Below are positions 10,926 to 23,546 of a stretch of DNA of 54,167 nucleotides, one piece after another. The notes under the pieces are model-generated. The model was not told the origin of the DNA and ran no database searches. It worked only from the letters and a program-made list of their open reading frames with translations. Position 1 is the stretch's first letter. Every line of letters begins with the position of its first letter. Source of the stretch: Octopus bimaculoides (Eukaryota). The stretch is taken from the NCBI RefSeq assembly GCF_001194135.2, contig NC_069001.1:23194576-23248742 (forward strand), given 5' to 3'. The translations under genes were made by a program, and so were the position numbers.

Positions 10926-11059
10926 ATTCTGAATGGCATGTCTACTGAAAAATTACCTCAAAGCTTTTTGTAGTGCAGCCTGACTGATGATGACCCATGT
11001 CTCATGCAACCCACTTCTTGGAGAAGGTTACTCCTGCCTGATCTAAAATAATTCATATG

Positions 11060-11970
11060 GAGGTTTTTTTTAAATTTTCATTCAGCCCTATCATCAGTCT
11101 GATTGGGTAAACTCATGATCAAGGACATTCCAGTTATGACAATCCTGCCTTCAAAGAAGTATTCTATGCCTATCTAATGTAACTTGTAAGATTGCCAAGT
11201 GTGATTTGAGAGAGTTATGGCTGGTATCTTTAACAGAGCTAAGAACTAAACAGAGATTCTGTGGCAAGTTCTTCACAAATATGTTGTTATTGCTGTTGTT
11301 GGTGTTTAACACCAGGTAAGTAGGTAAATTCTCAATGAGCAGGGTTAAAGATCATAGACATTCCAGCCTTGACCATTTTGTCATTTTTGTTTATATTTTT
11401 TTATCAGCTTCAGTGTATCAACGGAGACTGGTGCAGTTGATAGAGTTCTAGGGCAAATAACTTGTGATATTTGCTCCAGGTCTCTGAGTTCATATTCTGC
11501 CATGGGCAGCATTGCCTTTTTTGTCCTTCTGGAGCCAATAAATAAATCACCTTTAAGTATTAGGTTAAATTTTTCCCTCTCTTTCATTTTCTCTCTGTCT
11601 GTATATCTCTTTATCTCTCTTTCTCTTCCTCTCTATCTATCTCTCTTTCTCTACTTCTCTCTTTCTTCATAATTGACAACATAATGTCATGAGAAGGGTT
11701 GTGGGAGACCACTAAAACATCCCTTTCTCCAGAAATGGGAAAATGATGAAGGTTTATTCAGTTTGATGGCTAATAACCCTTTCTCACAGAAGATCTGATA
11801 TAAAGAACTGACACTATCCAAGGAAAGCCGACTGTGTTGCACAGAAGGGAATGGAAATTAAGGACTCCATTATTTAATATGTCCTTCCTTTTTAATATTG
11901 TAGAGTATGATTTAAGGGAGATCTGGTTTTGTATTTCTAGCAAGACTAATGACCACATAGAAGACCCTTG
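11060..11970. repeat. Three fragments of an unclassified interspersed repeat (11060-11235, 11340-11385, 11880-11970)
   Basis: Shared motifs gatcaa(a)g(g)acattccag..tgac and gtgatttgag(a/g)gag(a)t..ggct..tat.tct. Confidence 0.4.
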
Positions 11971-12362
11971 TTTCAATGGTTATTAACAGCTATTGTAGGG
12001 AGTTAGTATTCACCATTAGCAGCACTTCATGGTTGATGAATATTATAATAGGCTGCAGTTATTGATCCAGTGCCCTCCTCCTCCTCCTCCCCCTCCTCTT
12101 CCAATTTAGTTGTAATAACATTTTCAATAACCACAACAGTATAAGAAAATAAGCAACAAATAAATGTCCCTGCAAGGCAAAGCACTAAAGGGTATTTTTA
12201 ATATTTTTAATTTAGAAGAAAAAAAAATTCTTTAAAAATTGTTACAGAGAAATAAATATTTCAGCCAACTCATCTTTTTAGCTACAGAGTGACTGGTTAA
12301 TTAGCGGCTGATCGAGAATGGTTTCACCAATTAAATGGCTCTTTGTGAATGTTCTTCCTTAC

Positions 12363-12486
12363 TGAAACTTTCATTGTTTTCTTCATAAAAGATGTCATAG
12401 AGTGGACCTTGCAAAATGAAATCTTTCGAAAGAAATCTAACCATCATCGCTGCAGTTGATTCATTGTTGCAGCACGCTATACAAAG
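12363..12486 (-). CDS. Candidate internal exon (phase 0 to 1) of an unidentified gene
   Basis: Acceptor ctctccttaataatttttgcag, donor CA|gtaagg, 124 nt, only one open frame: LCIACCNNESTAAMMVRFLSKDFILQGPLYDIFYEENNESF. Confidence 0.5.
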
Positions 12487-12769
12487 CTGCAAAAATTATT
12501 AAGGAGAGGTCAGCACCTTTTAAGACAAAAAGAAAATTACAAAATTACTAATCAAGGAAAAAGAAATAACACAAGAAAAACAACAGGAACAGAAAAAAGT
12601 TTTGTGCAGAAGTAATATTTTTCACTAAAAGATTGTAAATATAATTGTCAGCTAGAGAGGAATATTAGTTGCACCATCATCTGCCAGGACAGCTAGAGTG
12701 GCTCAACATGTAAAAGCTGAGATTAGTAATAACATATTTAATGTAGTGAACCAAGGAATTTAAATCAGT

Positions 12770-12984
12770 CCTTTGTGTTATTTTGTCAAATGTGATGCTT
12801 ATTTATTCACATTTTTTTAATTAATTCTGCATTATTTTCTAGCTTTGATATTTTGATGAGGTAACTGTTAATTTTTAGAATGATATTGTAGGGTTGGTGT
12901 GAGAGGTCAGATCTGACTGGTTTGAACATAAAATATGTAGAATATTTTGGCCAGATATGGCTGGTTTAAATTTTAAAAGGTTAA
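12770..12984. mobile_element. TTAA-type MITE, second copy
   Basis: Collinear with 6142-6370; ends ggtttaaattttaaaaggttaa. Confidence 0.7.
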
Positions 12985-13009
12985 TTATAATCATACTGAA
13001 AGGATGATC

Positions 13010-13140
13010 ATGGTCTTGATTCCCAGACAGAATGGTATGTTGTGTTCTTGAGCAAAACACTTAATTTCACATTGCTTCAGTCTACGCAGCCATAAATGAA
13101 TAATCCTGCAATGGACTGGCATCCTATCCAGGGGAATGTT
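13010..13140 (+). mobile_element. SINE with family-B-like central domain and a different tail
   Basis: gttgtgttcttgagcaaaacacttaatttcacattgcttcagtc...gcaatggactggcatcctatccagggg. Confidence 0.5.
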
Positions 13141-14554
13141 ATGATCTAGGTGACTTATACACTCTGAAAACCAGGTAACTGACTCTATGAGTCTTTAACA
13201 GGGTAGCCTAGACTCTCTCTTGGTTTACTACAGAATCTTGCATACCATTATATTATATATGTTGCACATTCACTCATGGAAATAGTACAAGAAACAAACT
13301 TTTTAAAAATAAGAGCGTGACTTTGTTCCTCTGTTGGATAGTACAGTGGACAACATTAACACATCACGAATTCTGGAGGTTATATAGTCCATCCATCGTT
13401 TGGATAATTCAGCTCAGACTGTTGTTAGTTACACGTGCTCCATTATATTAATTTTGCTCTGGTGAATAACGGCAGTAAAATAACATTACTTGCCTTCCTG
13501 AAAATCGTTTACCTCTCTACTCAGAGAGTTTTGTTAGACTTATTTATAGAAGGAGCATAGGCTCCAACGCATATTCAGATTAGTTGTTTGAGAATGTATT
13601 ATGTACAATATGATTAGATCTTTGATCCATATCCCATTCAATGCTCAACCAATCAAAGTACAGGACTGAACCAATGTTCAAAGCTAAAGATAGGGAAGAC
13701 AACCAATCATTACAGATTAACATGCTGAGCCTAAAAAAGGCCAATTGTCTTCAATATTCCATATTAGAAATTGGTTTTGCTACAAGTCCTAGAACTTGAA
13801 ACAGTAATGTTCAGGCATTTGAAGGAACCTTCAGGCAGAAAAATTCATCTTCACATTTTGTCTGTCTGTGCCTATCAAAAGCAAATGTCAAAGTTGATTT
13901 ACTGGTAAAAATGCCAATAGGTGTTATAGTATAGTTCAGGGATATAGCCAAACTTAACTCTGGTCAACATTACCAAACATAGTAATATTATTTTCAAGGG
14001 GCAATTATATTTGGCCAACATTATCAAATATGGTTATATTATTCATAAACAGTCTTGACTTTCAAGCTTAAGCATTCCCTGGTCAAATTCAAGGAATGCC
14101 ATCTGCTACAAATCACAAGCCGGAATCCTCTGCTACTTCAATGCTCAGAGCTTTGAATCTTCTGCACTGACTACACTATGTAACAAATATGCTTTAATTC
14201 CACTTTGACCATAAAAGCTCACACAGTGGCTGAGTGAAACTCTTCTTCTAGACCAATGTTATAGATCCTCTGTAATCCAGTGTTAAAATTTCAATTCCTG
14301 TATTTTCCTGAAGTGTTATACGTATTTCAGTTTTAGGTAAAATTGCAGGGGGATTTTATTCAAAGACCATCGCATGTAACTTATGGCTTGCCATTGCTTA
14401 TGTGTGTATTATAGGTTCACCATTACAGACTGAGAGTCTCCATATTCCTCACAAGGCACACAACATGACAATATTATTTTATCCTTTAAGTAGTTTACAC
14501 ACAGATGCCCTAAGTATGGAAAAAATCCTATAACATTGGGAAGAAATCCCTTGG

Positions 14555-15556
14555 CATTTAAAAAAAATTAAATTTGATTTGAGATACCACAAAACGCTTG
14601 CTGTTGGTCTCAAACAAAAGCTCTCTATTTAGGATTAAAATAGGGTTATATGTACATTGTGTGAATTAAAGAATAATGAAATTGCTTTTGGTTATAATGA
14701 AAGTAATCTCTAAAAGAAAAAGTTGTGAGATGAGAAATGTCTTCCAACTACTTGAACAAAAATCCCTACAAGTGGGAGGTACTCACAATTATGAAGCCTG
14801 TAAAATTACTTCCATGCTTTCTTATATGGTATGCAAGTTCCATCATTTAGAAAAATGTCACTGAATTATTTATTTCTTTGTCATAACCAGTTTTCCAGAA
14901 TCCTTGGTCTTCCTAATTTTCTTTTAATTTGGGTCTGTAGGTTGTATAAATTCAGATAAAGCTACACATTTTTCTTCCCATTACATTCTTCAAGTCCATT
15001 TTCTCTCTCTCTCTCTCTCTCTCTCTCTTACTCTCAATCATATTCATTTGTATTCTTCCTTCACTTTTCATGCACATTGACACCTATGCACACATGCATG
15101 TATGTACATGTACACACTTATTTTATCAAACCCATAAAGGCTGACAGACAATATTCATCCACTTAACTTAAATTTCAACTAAGAGGAGACAAGAAAGTAA
15201 TTAATATCTTGTTAGGCAAATAGTCTGAAACATAAATGAATCTGCCATTTCACAATCTTGAAGGATAGAAGGTCAATCCTTCAAAACTGACCTCAAAGGA
15301 TGACACTTATTCAGTTATAATTCCACTGAGACATTTAAAGAAATGTAATTTGATGAGATACCACAAAACGCTTGTTGTGAGTCTAAAACAAAAGCTCTAT
15401 ATTTAGGATTAAAATAGGGTTATATGTACATTGTGTGAATGAAAGAATAATGAAAATGCCTTCGGTTAAAAGAGTAAGTTGAGAGATGAAAAATGTCTTA
15501 TTAAATATGAATCAAAAGGCATTTTGCTTCCGACTACTTGAACAAAAATCTTTATA
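14555..15556 (+). repeat. Direct duplication of ~220 bp (14555-14770 and 15332-15556)
   Basis: Both copies contain gagataccacaaaacgcttg...tttaggattaaaatagggttatatgtacattgtgtgaat...ctacttgaacaaaaatc. Confidence 0.85.
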
Positions 15557-15884
15557 GAGGAAGAACTCAGCAGTTTTTTAAAGCATTCAAGAATATTTCA
15601 AAGACCCTTTAGTCTCAAAAATTAATTATCTCATTTTGATTGTCAGTGCCTGTTAAAAACTGATGTCAAAGCTGACCTCTACAGTAAAATTTTAAAAGAA
15701 AACTGCAGTCAATAAAATAGATCCAAATACTTGAAAAACCAAGTTGGTCTTCCTGAGATTTGAACTCAGAACATGGAGAGGAATAAATAAATAAAGAAAA
15801 CATTTAACCCATTGCACAAGCAATTTTGTCCAAGAAGAACCATATTCCACAGCAGAAGAGTTAAGACTGTATCCCCTGGAAAAG

Positions 15885-16055
15885 AGGATTGGCATAGCAA
15901 AGAGTCCTGTGTCAGTGCCATGTAAAAAGCCCTTGTGCCAATCCCCACACAAAAATGCTAATGCTGGTGCCACATTAAAAGCACTCAGCAGATACTGAAA
16001 TGATCCAACCCATACCGGCATGAAAAACGGACGTTAAAGGATGATGATGATTCTC
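15885..16055 (+). mobile_element. RTE-tail repeat
   Basis: gtgccatgtaaaaagc...caacccataccggcatgaaaaacggacgttaaaggatgatgatg. Confidence 0.7.
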
Positions 16056-16102
16056 TTCTTGGACTAGGGTAAAAATGAACCCTGCTTCTCTCCTAAACTT
16101 CT

Positions 16103-16413
16103 GGCACTCGGTCAGTTACAACAACAAGGTTTGATCCGATCATTGGAACAGCTGGCTGGTGAAATTAATGTGCAAGTGGCTGAGCACTCCACAGACACAC
16201 ATACCCTTAACGTAGTTCTCAGGGAGATTCAGTGTGACACAGAATGTGACAAGGCTCACCCTTTGAAATACAGGTACAACTCATTTTTGCCAGTTGAGTG
16301 GATTGGAGCAACGTGAAATAAAGTGTCTTGCTCAAGGACACAACACATCACTGGGAATTAAACTCACAGCCTTTCAATCATGAGTGGAATACTCTACCCA
16401 CTATGCCACACGA
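16103..16413 (-). mobile_element. tRNA-derived SINE family B, near full length
   Basis: Reverse head gtggcatagtgggtagagtattcc...gagtttaattccc then tgtgtccttgagcaagacactttatttcacgttgctcc. Confidence 0.8.
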
Positions 16414-16816
16414 GTGTTACAGAAATAAAGAGGAAGCAGTAACCATTCACACATTCACTATCTTCTTTATAATGAACGCATAATTTACTGCTTTTAGTTT
16501 TGTTGTAGTGTTTGCTTCATAAGACTTCTATTGTATTCATGAAAACTGTGTGTTAGGGTGTTGTTTATTTATTTAGTTTTCTCCACTTAGTTAAATGTAT
16601 ATAGTTGAAAGAGATCTTAGGCAGAGAGTTTTAGTGTATCAAAAGGTGGAATTTAGTTTTGTATAACTAACATTAGAGTGCCTGGCTAGTGATTTCCTTC
16701 AATCTTATCCAATTCTGTCATCCATAAGTATATTTGAATATCTATTTTTAACTTTTGGCAATGTCTTTCTGCTACATTGTCTTTGTCTGGAATCTTAACA
16801 CATAACACTGTCCTAC

Positions 16817-16847
16817 CTCATATAATATATTCTGGCCAATATCTTCA
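16817..16847 (-). CDS. Candidate 31-nt exon (phase 2 to 0)
   Basis: atttttacaag|t gaa gat att ggc cag aat ata tta tat gag|gtagga; encodes EDIGQNILYE. Confidence 0.25.
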
Positions 16848-17167
16848 CTTGTAAAAATAATGTTTTACAAGTCATAAATGTTTTTTTAAAAACCAAAACC
16901 TCAACTTGCTTTTGATTTTGTCATTTGTTATGCCAGGTAAGTGAATTTTTCCATCCATCTTAGAAGATTTGTTCTTACTAGCTAGAATTGTATGTTGTTC
17001 ATCAAAAAGTAATCTTTACATGCAACTTAACATAAATGTCTTGGAACACCAAATACTGAGAACCCTCTCATATAAGCATTTGGTGCATAAATGCAGATGC
17101 ATAAGTTTTAGTAGATGAGAATCATTTGTCATGGGTGGCTGCTTGTAGATATAAACATTATATGGGA

Positions 17168-17302
17168 AGGCTTAGTGGGTAGGGCATTCAGCTGAAGATC
17201 ATAAGGTCATGAATTTGATACCTGGTGGTGTGTTGTGCCCTTGTGTAAGACACTTTATTTTACCTTGCTCCAGACCACTCAGCTGGCAAAAGTGAGTAGC
17301 TA
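17168..17302 (+). mobile_element. SINE family B head
   Basis: ggcttagtgggtagggcattc...gtaagacactttattttaccttgctccagaccactcagctggcaaaa. Confidence 0.7.
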
Positions 17303-17539
17303 TAGCCAAGAACTGGAATATTGCTTTTGAGTTGACCTCATTGAACTAATTTCATATCTTCCATGTTTTTCTGAGAGAGTGACTATATGATATCTCTTAA
17401 CCTGCTAAAAGTAGGAACTGTAATTGCTTGAAATGAAATACAACATTCTTTAAAGTATACAACGTATAATAAAGATATGCTTAGACTGTCTTTGGAAAAG
17501 ATCTTTTCATCTCTGATTTTTTTACTTCTCTTAGTTATG

Positions 17540-17895
17540 GAATGTGGCCATACTGGAACACAATCTCGGAGGATTTTGATCAAACAAATTGATTCCACTA
17601 CTTATTGATTTTTGGGTATTTTTTAAGTCTGGTACTTATTCTATTGGCTTTTCTGCTGAACTGCTAAGTTAGGGGAGGATGTAAACAAACCAACATTGGT
17701 TGTCAAGCAGTGGGGTAGACAGGCACAAGCACACAGACACACACATGACAGGCTTCTTTCAGCTTTTGTCTGCCTAATCCACTCACAAGGCTCTGATTGG
17801 CTTGGGGCTATTGTGGAAGACATATGCTCAAGGTGCCACATGAACCTGAAACTGAAACCATGCAGTTGGGAAACAAACTTCTTACCATGCAGCTA
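17540..17895 (-). mobile_element. SINE family A
   Basis: Collinear reverse copy of 18051-18463. Confidence 0.8.
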
Positions 17896-17929
17896 TGATT
17901 AATACAATTTAAACGTGAATGCTGCTGAC

Positions 17930-17975
17930 CCGAGACTAAACAACAGCAACAAATGTTGATCTTTGACAGAAAGTA
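17930..17975 (-). CDS. Candidate 46-nt exon (phase 1 to 2)
   Basis: catacccttccgtag|ta ctt tct gtc aaa gat caa cat ttg ttg ctg ttg ttt agt ctc gg|gtcagc; encodes LSVKDQHLLLLFSLG. Confidence 0.25.
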
Positions 17976-18050
17976 CTACGGAAGGGTATGGTATACATAA
18001 TTGAATTAACCTCTGAGCATTCTGAGTATTTATTTTATTGATGTTGGAAA

Positions 18051-18463
18051 GGAACAGGTGTGGCTGTGTGGTAGGAAGCTTGCTTCCAAACCACATGGTT
18101 CTGGGTTCAGTTCCACTGCATAGCACCATGGGCAATTGTGTTCTACTATAGCCTCAAGTTGACCAAAGCCTTGTGAGTGGATTTGGTAGACAGAAACTGA
18201 AAGAAGACTGTCATGTATAAATATGTGTGTGTGTTTGTCCCCCCCCCACCTTTGTCTCCCCCACCCACCCAATCACTGCTTGGTAACCGGTATTGATGTG
18301 TTTAGTCCCTGCATAACTTAGCAGTTCAGCAAAAGAGATGAATAGAATACGTACTAGGCTTAAAAAATAAGTGCAGAGGTTGATTTGTTCAACTAAAACC
18401 CTTCAAGAAAGTGCTCCAGCATGACCACAGTCAAATGACTGAAGCAAGTAAAAGAATAAAAGA
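18051..18463 (+). mobile_element. SINE family A, full length
   Basis: Head ggaacaggtgtggctgtgtggtaggaagcttgcttcc...gggttcagttcc; tail gtgctccagcatgaccacagtcaaatgactgaagcaagtaaaagaataaaaga. Confidence 0.9.
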
Positions 18464-19107
18464 AAGGTAAAAATTAAAGGTGGCATTGACAGGATTTGAA
18501 CTCAGAACATAATGGTACGAGACTAAAGTATTTTAGCTCACTATTCTATTTGTTCTGCAAATTTAACTAATTTTCTTGTGACAAGAATAACAAAAACAAA
18601 ATTATAACACCCATCTCTAGGGAATACATCAAAATTATTTTACTTCTCCTTATGTCTTTATTCATTAGCTATTCCATCTTAATAATATATTTTCATTGTA
18701 CAAATGCAAAGCATGTACTAGCTCTTGAAAGCATTATTTTAACATGCAAAAGGTAAATTCTTGAAAAAGCATAAGAATCTTTATCTAGAAACAACAAAAA
18801 AAAACAGAAAAAAATAAATGATGAAATAGAAAATTATACCATTTTATTTTATAGCAATATTTCCATATCTTGATTTGAATCCAAGTTTAAAATAAAACTA
18901 TATATGTATGAATGTATGTAAAATAAAATTTTACATACATTTTTCTTTGCGCTTAATGGGATTATAAAGATATTTCCAAGCAAAGAAAACACTACTTACA
19001 CAATATTTTGAAATGACATTTAAATCTAACAGTATATCCTCTCTCTCTCTTTTTCTCTTCATATATATATATATATATATGTGTGTGTGTATCAATTATT
19101 TATAAAT

Positions 19108-21170
19108 ATACTAGCAAACGCACCAGTCCTTTGGATGATTTAAGTTGCTTTGCTGGTATTTTTTTCACCAAATAATTGAACTACCGAGGAGGTTTATGAG
19201 TAGCACCGCAATCCATGTTTCTGATTAAACTAGGAACGGAAAATCAAATTGAAGGCTGGTTATTGTAGATGTTGTTGCACCTTAATGATCATAGAACGTA
19301 TAAGTTTGCAAGCGATGCAAAGTAGAGCTACTGAAGTATTTTGGGAGTTGATTACGTAACATGACTGCAAAATATACTTGTTTTACATGAACGTGAAATC
19401 TCTTGTCAGAAACAGCCACATAAACGGTGTAAGGAAATTGAAGGAAGACGTTGGAATGTCTGCAAGTTTATTTTATTCAACTGCAAAGGGAGCTATTTTT
19501 TTCAGAGAGATAAGCTAACAAAAACCTCTTTATTCTGTCTTCCCACATAGCCAGCGCATAAACTAACATCAAATGCCACATAAAGTTAAATGGATATGGA
19601 GCTTTCTGAAAGATAAGTATACCTTTCACTAGTGGAAGCAAAACTCGGCAGTTATGATGTAAGCATGTGTTAAAACCCCTCATAACTTTTTTTTATTTTT
19701 ACGAATTTTTACAGTTTTTTTCGATTTTGTCTTCTGCATAATAGAATTGATATGATTATGCAAAAAGAAAAAAAATTATTTTAATTCAGTTTTTTTTTTT
19801 TTTTTGTACAATTCGTGGTTTTAAAATACAGACACTCCGAATCTACCATTCGTTTCTTTTTATAACTTTCAAATAATTTTTTAAATACTTCAAAATCAAA
19901 ATTGCGTAAATATGTGTGCCAGAAACAGTAATTAAAAATCAAGGAAATAGATTTTGGAGATCTCTTATTATGACTGACTTTTATCCCATTATTTTAATAT
20001 CTTCTGAAAATTATACATATGCATACAGAAACACATATAAATATATACACACACACATACATTTTTACAGAGTTATATATATGTGTGTGTGTGTATACGT
20101 ACGTATTATTTTAATTATATCTTTATACACACATAAAAACTGGCATACCGTTGGTTAGACAATCACAAGTATCCAAAACTTCATCACCACTCTTCCAACT
20201 ACATTTTTTCTTTTAAAAAGAAGGCTTTCGTCCACTTGCACTATATGTCGTACCACTGTACGGCTGTCTGTTTGCTAATATTGTTGATGGACACGCAGCA
20301 TGCCACTGGCATTTCACATATAAAGTTCAGGATTATGTGAAAAAGTGTGAAGACTGTCAATTGACTTTTTCCCATAAAAGTATTAAACACTTATTTGAAA
20401 ATTATAAAGAGAAACGAACGGTAGATTCGGACTGTCCGTATCTTAAAGTCACGAATTAAAAATAAGTTTGGTGGGGTGGGGGATTAGAATTTTTTTTTTT
20501 TTTGCATAATCATATTAATTCCATTAGGCAGAAGACAGAATCGAGAAAAGTTTGTAAAAATTCGTAAAAGTATAAAAGTTATGAGGGGTTTTAGCACGGG
20601 CTTACATCATGACTCCACCCAAAACTCTTATTTAAATGTTGATTCTTTGGGACGAATATTATGTAACTGTTTTAAAAGGGCTAGAACGACAATGCTAAAA
20701 CGTATTGGAAACAATGACCAACAGTCGAAATATCATAATGGATGGGTAAATAAGCATCCTTAAAGTGAAACAATGCATGGGTACGTAAACAAAGATATCA
20801 ACAAATAGAAGCGAAGGAAGGGAACATCATCTTTTAAGTAACTAAGAATATATAAAGGTAAGCTTCCCAAAGTCTAATGCTGTTTAAATATGGAGATTGA
20901 GGTGTTTGTAGTCAATTTAATTCACCGTCGCTAGTGGACAGATGAAATAGATAAATAGACAAAATCCTTTCACTTATATAAAAAGGTTAAAAAAGTATGG
21001 AAAACCCTACATACAAAAAAAAACTATGTCCATTTACGTCTATTTGCACGGGAGGTCTGGGCAAAATGTGATAGTGCATGACCATCCTTGGGGCATAAGT
21101 AATGTATGTGTAAAGTTTGGTAAAAATCGGTTGAGAATTGTGGAAATGTATGTGTTAGTGACTTGGTAAC
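19108..21170. mobile_element. Unclassified non-coding DNA element (Helentron/DINE-like?) with ~210-bp internal inverted repeat
   Basis: Starts tactagc, ends aagtttggtaaaaatcggttgagaattgtgg; 19654-19865 is the reverse complement of 20402-20610. Class assignment is by resemblance only. Confidence 0.4.
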
Positions 21171-22536
21171 AGCTGGGTTAGTCACCAACCACTAAAATCA
21201 TGGAAGCAGGCTGACAAACGGCCAGAGGGAAAAAGAATGACAACGTCCCACTAGTTCTAATTTTGTTCCCTTACAACATCATTCTATCTCTCTCTGTATT
21301 TACTACTAAACAATGACGAGAACAAACACAAACTATGCAAGGAAAATTTACATCTATCTTTACTTCGCATGCTTTACGATTTTATCACCTGCCCATCGAG
21401 GCAAGGTGTTGTATAATGTAACAGGTAAAAATAAATATTTTCTTCACAACTTCAATCACTGTTCTTTCATCTTTACATAATGGCTATCAACGAAGAACCA
21501 ATCCTTTACAAACAGATTATATTCCATTCTACTGTGTATCGACTATTGTCTTCCTATATTATTGTTTACTAATTAATATCATCCATTAAAATATCTTTGA
21601 CAAAAGCCCATTGAAAGCAGTGCTACAGCATGGCCACAGTTAAATGACTGAAACAAATAAAAGAATAATAGAATATATATATNNNNNNNNNNNNNNNNNN
21701 NNNNNNNNNNNNNNNNNNNNNNNNNNNNNNNNNNNNNNNNNNNNNNNNNNNNNNNNNNNNNNNNNNNNNNNNNNNNNNNNNNNNNNNNNNNNNNNNNNNN
21801 NNNNNNNNNNNNNNNNNNNNNNNNNNNNNNNNNNNNNNNNNNNNNNNNNNNNNNNNNNNNNNNNNNNNNNNNNNNNNNNNNNNNNNNNNNNNNNNNNNNN
21901 NNNNNNNNNNNNNNNNNNNNNNNNNNNNNNNNNNNNNNNNNNNNNNNNNNNNNNNNNNNNNNNNNNNNNNNNNNNNNNNNNNNNNNNNNNNNNNNNNNNN
22001 NNNNNNNNNNNNNNNNNNNNNNNNNNNNNNNNNNNNNNNNNNNNNNNNNNNNNNNNNNNNNNNNNNNNNNNNNNNNNNNNNNNNNNNNNNNNNNNNNNNN
22101 NNNNNNNNNNNNNNNNNNNNNNNNNNNNNNNNNNNNNNNNNNNNNNNNNNNNNNNNNNNNNNNNNNNNNNNNNNNNNNNNNNNNNNNNNNNNNNNNNNNN
22201 NNNNNNNNNNNNNNNNNNNNNNNNNNNNNNNNNNNNNNNNNNNNNNNNNNNNNNNNNNNNNNNNNNNNNNNNNNNNNNNNNNNNNNNNNNNNNNNNNNNN
22301 NNNNNNNNNNNNNNNNNNNNNNNNNNNNNNNNNNNNNNNNNNNNNNNNNNNNNNNNNNNNNNNNNNNNNNNNNNNNNNNNNNNNNNNNNNNNNNNNNNNN
22401 NNNNNNNNNNNNNNNNNNNNNNNNNNNNNNNNNNNNNNNNNNNNNNNNNNNNNNNNNNNNNNNNNNNNNNNNNNNNNNNNNNNNNNNNNNNNNNNNNNNN
22501 NNNNNNNNNNNNNNNNNNNNNNNNNNNNNNNNNNNT

Positions 22537-22645
22537 TTTAATCCTCCTTATACACATCTATATTAAAATATGCTTTCAGTTTAGCATTCTGCCTTATTAT
22601 TACTTTTTATTTTCCTATTATTTCTCCACGTGCGGTTAACACAAC
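22537..22645 (+). mobile_element. PLE terminal-repeat fragment, same family as 50147-51285
   Basis: ttttaatcctccttatacacatctatattaaaatatgctttcag near-identical to 51202-51285; abuts an N-gap. Confidence 0.75.
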
Positions 22646-22660
22646 CCCACCATTTACTGA

Positions 22661-22700
<40 letters not shown>

Positions 22701-22704
<4 letters not shown>

Positions 22705-23483
22705 GTTGAGGAATAATTCATGAGTGTTTTGTTTTTCATATTTATTTTAAACTACAACAAATTAATTAATAATATACTCTTCTTTGTTGTTTATGACTTC
22801 CTCTCATAGTTCAATAAGTTTTTTAATGCCTTGGCAATGGAAATTTTCCAATCTTGATTCAAAGAATTCGGTGAACCAAGCTCTGAATTCTTCATCATTT
22901 TTTAACAATACACTGTGCAAAGCATTTGAGAGCAGTCAAAAGAAATGAAAATCTGACATCACCAAGTGTGGAGTGTATGAAGGATGAGGCAGCACTTCCC
23001 ATTTGAGTTCTTGAATCACAGCTTTGGTCATATTGGCGATGTGAGGACAGACGTTGTGTTGCAGAAGAATGCCATTTCATATATTTGGTCTTTTTTGCTG
23101 AATTGCTTCATTGAGTCGGTGCAGTTGTTGATTGTAGAGCTCCACATTGAGTGTTTGGTTGCACTCAAGCAGTTCATAATGAATTATGCCTGCTCAGTTC
23201 CACCATACACACAACATAGTCTTTCAAGGATGAAGGTCTTGTTTTGCTCATGGAATCACTTGTTTGTTGGGGCTGAGCCATTCTTTTTACTGTTTCATAT
23301 TGATGTAAAAGCACCAGTGACAATACAGTGAAGAATACATTATTTGTGACCATGTGCTGGGCAAAATCTTGTAGAGCAAAGTATTCTCTTTTAAATAGCA
23401 TAAAACATTTTGCCAATGCATTCTATTTCTGCATACATATTTAGATTTAAATAAAAATGCTCATGGGTTATTCCTTGACTTAA
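22701..23483 (-). mobile_element. Mariner, internally deleted non-autonomous copy with both TIRs
   Basis: TIRs ttgggttgaggaataattcatgag / ctcatgggttattccttgacttaa with TA flanks; reverse translation GIIHYELLECNQTLNVELY...WEVLPHPSYTPHL...SDFHFF. Confidence 0.85.
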
Positions 23484-23512
23484 TATATAAATACATACCT
23501 ACACACAGACAT

Positions 23513-23546
<34 letters not shown>

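Noticed and set aside
13544-13577. GGAGC-atag-GCTCC hairpin resembling hammerhead stem II
   Set aside because: The core and GAAA are too degraded to call.
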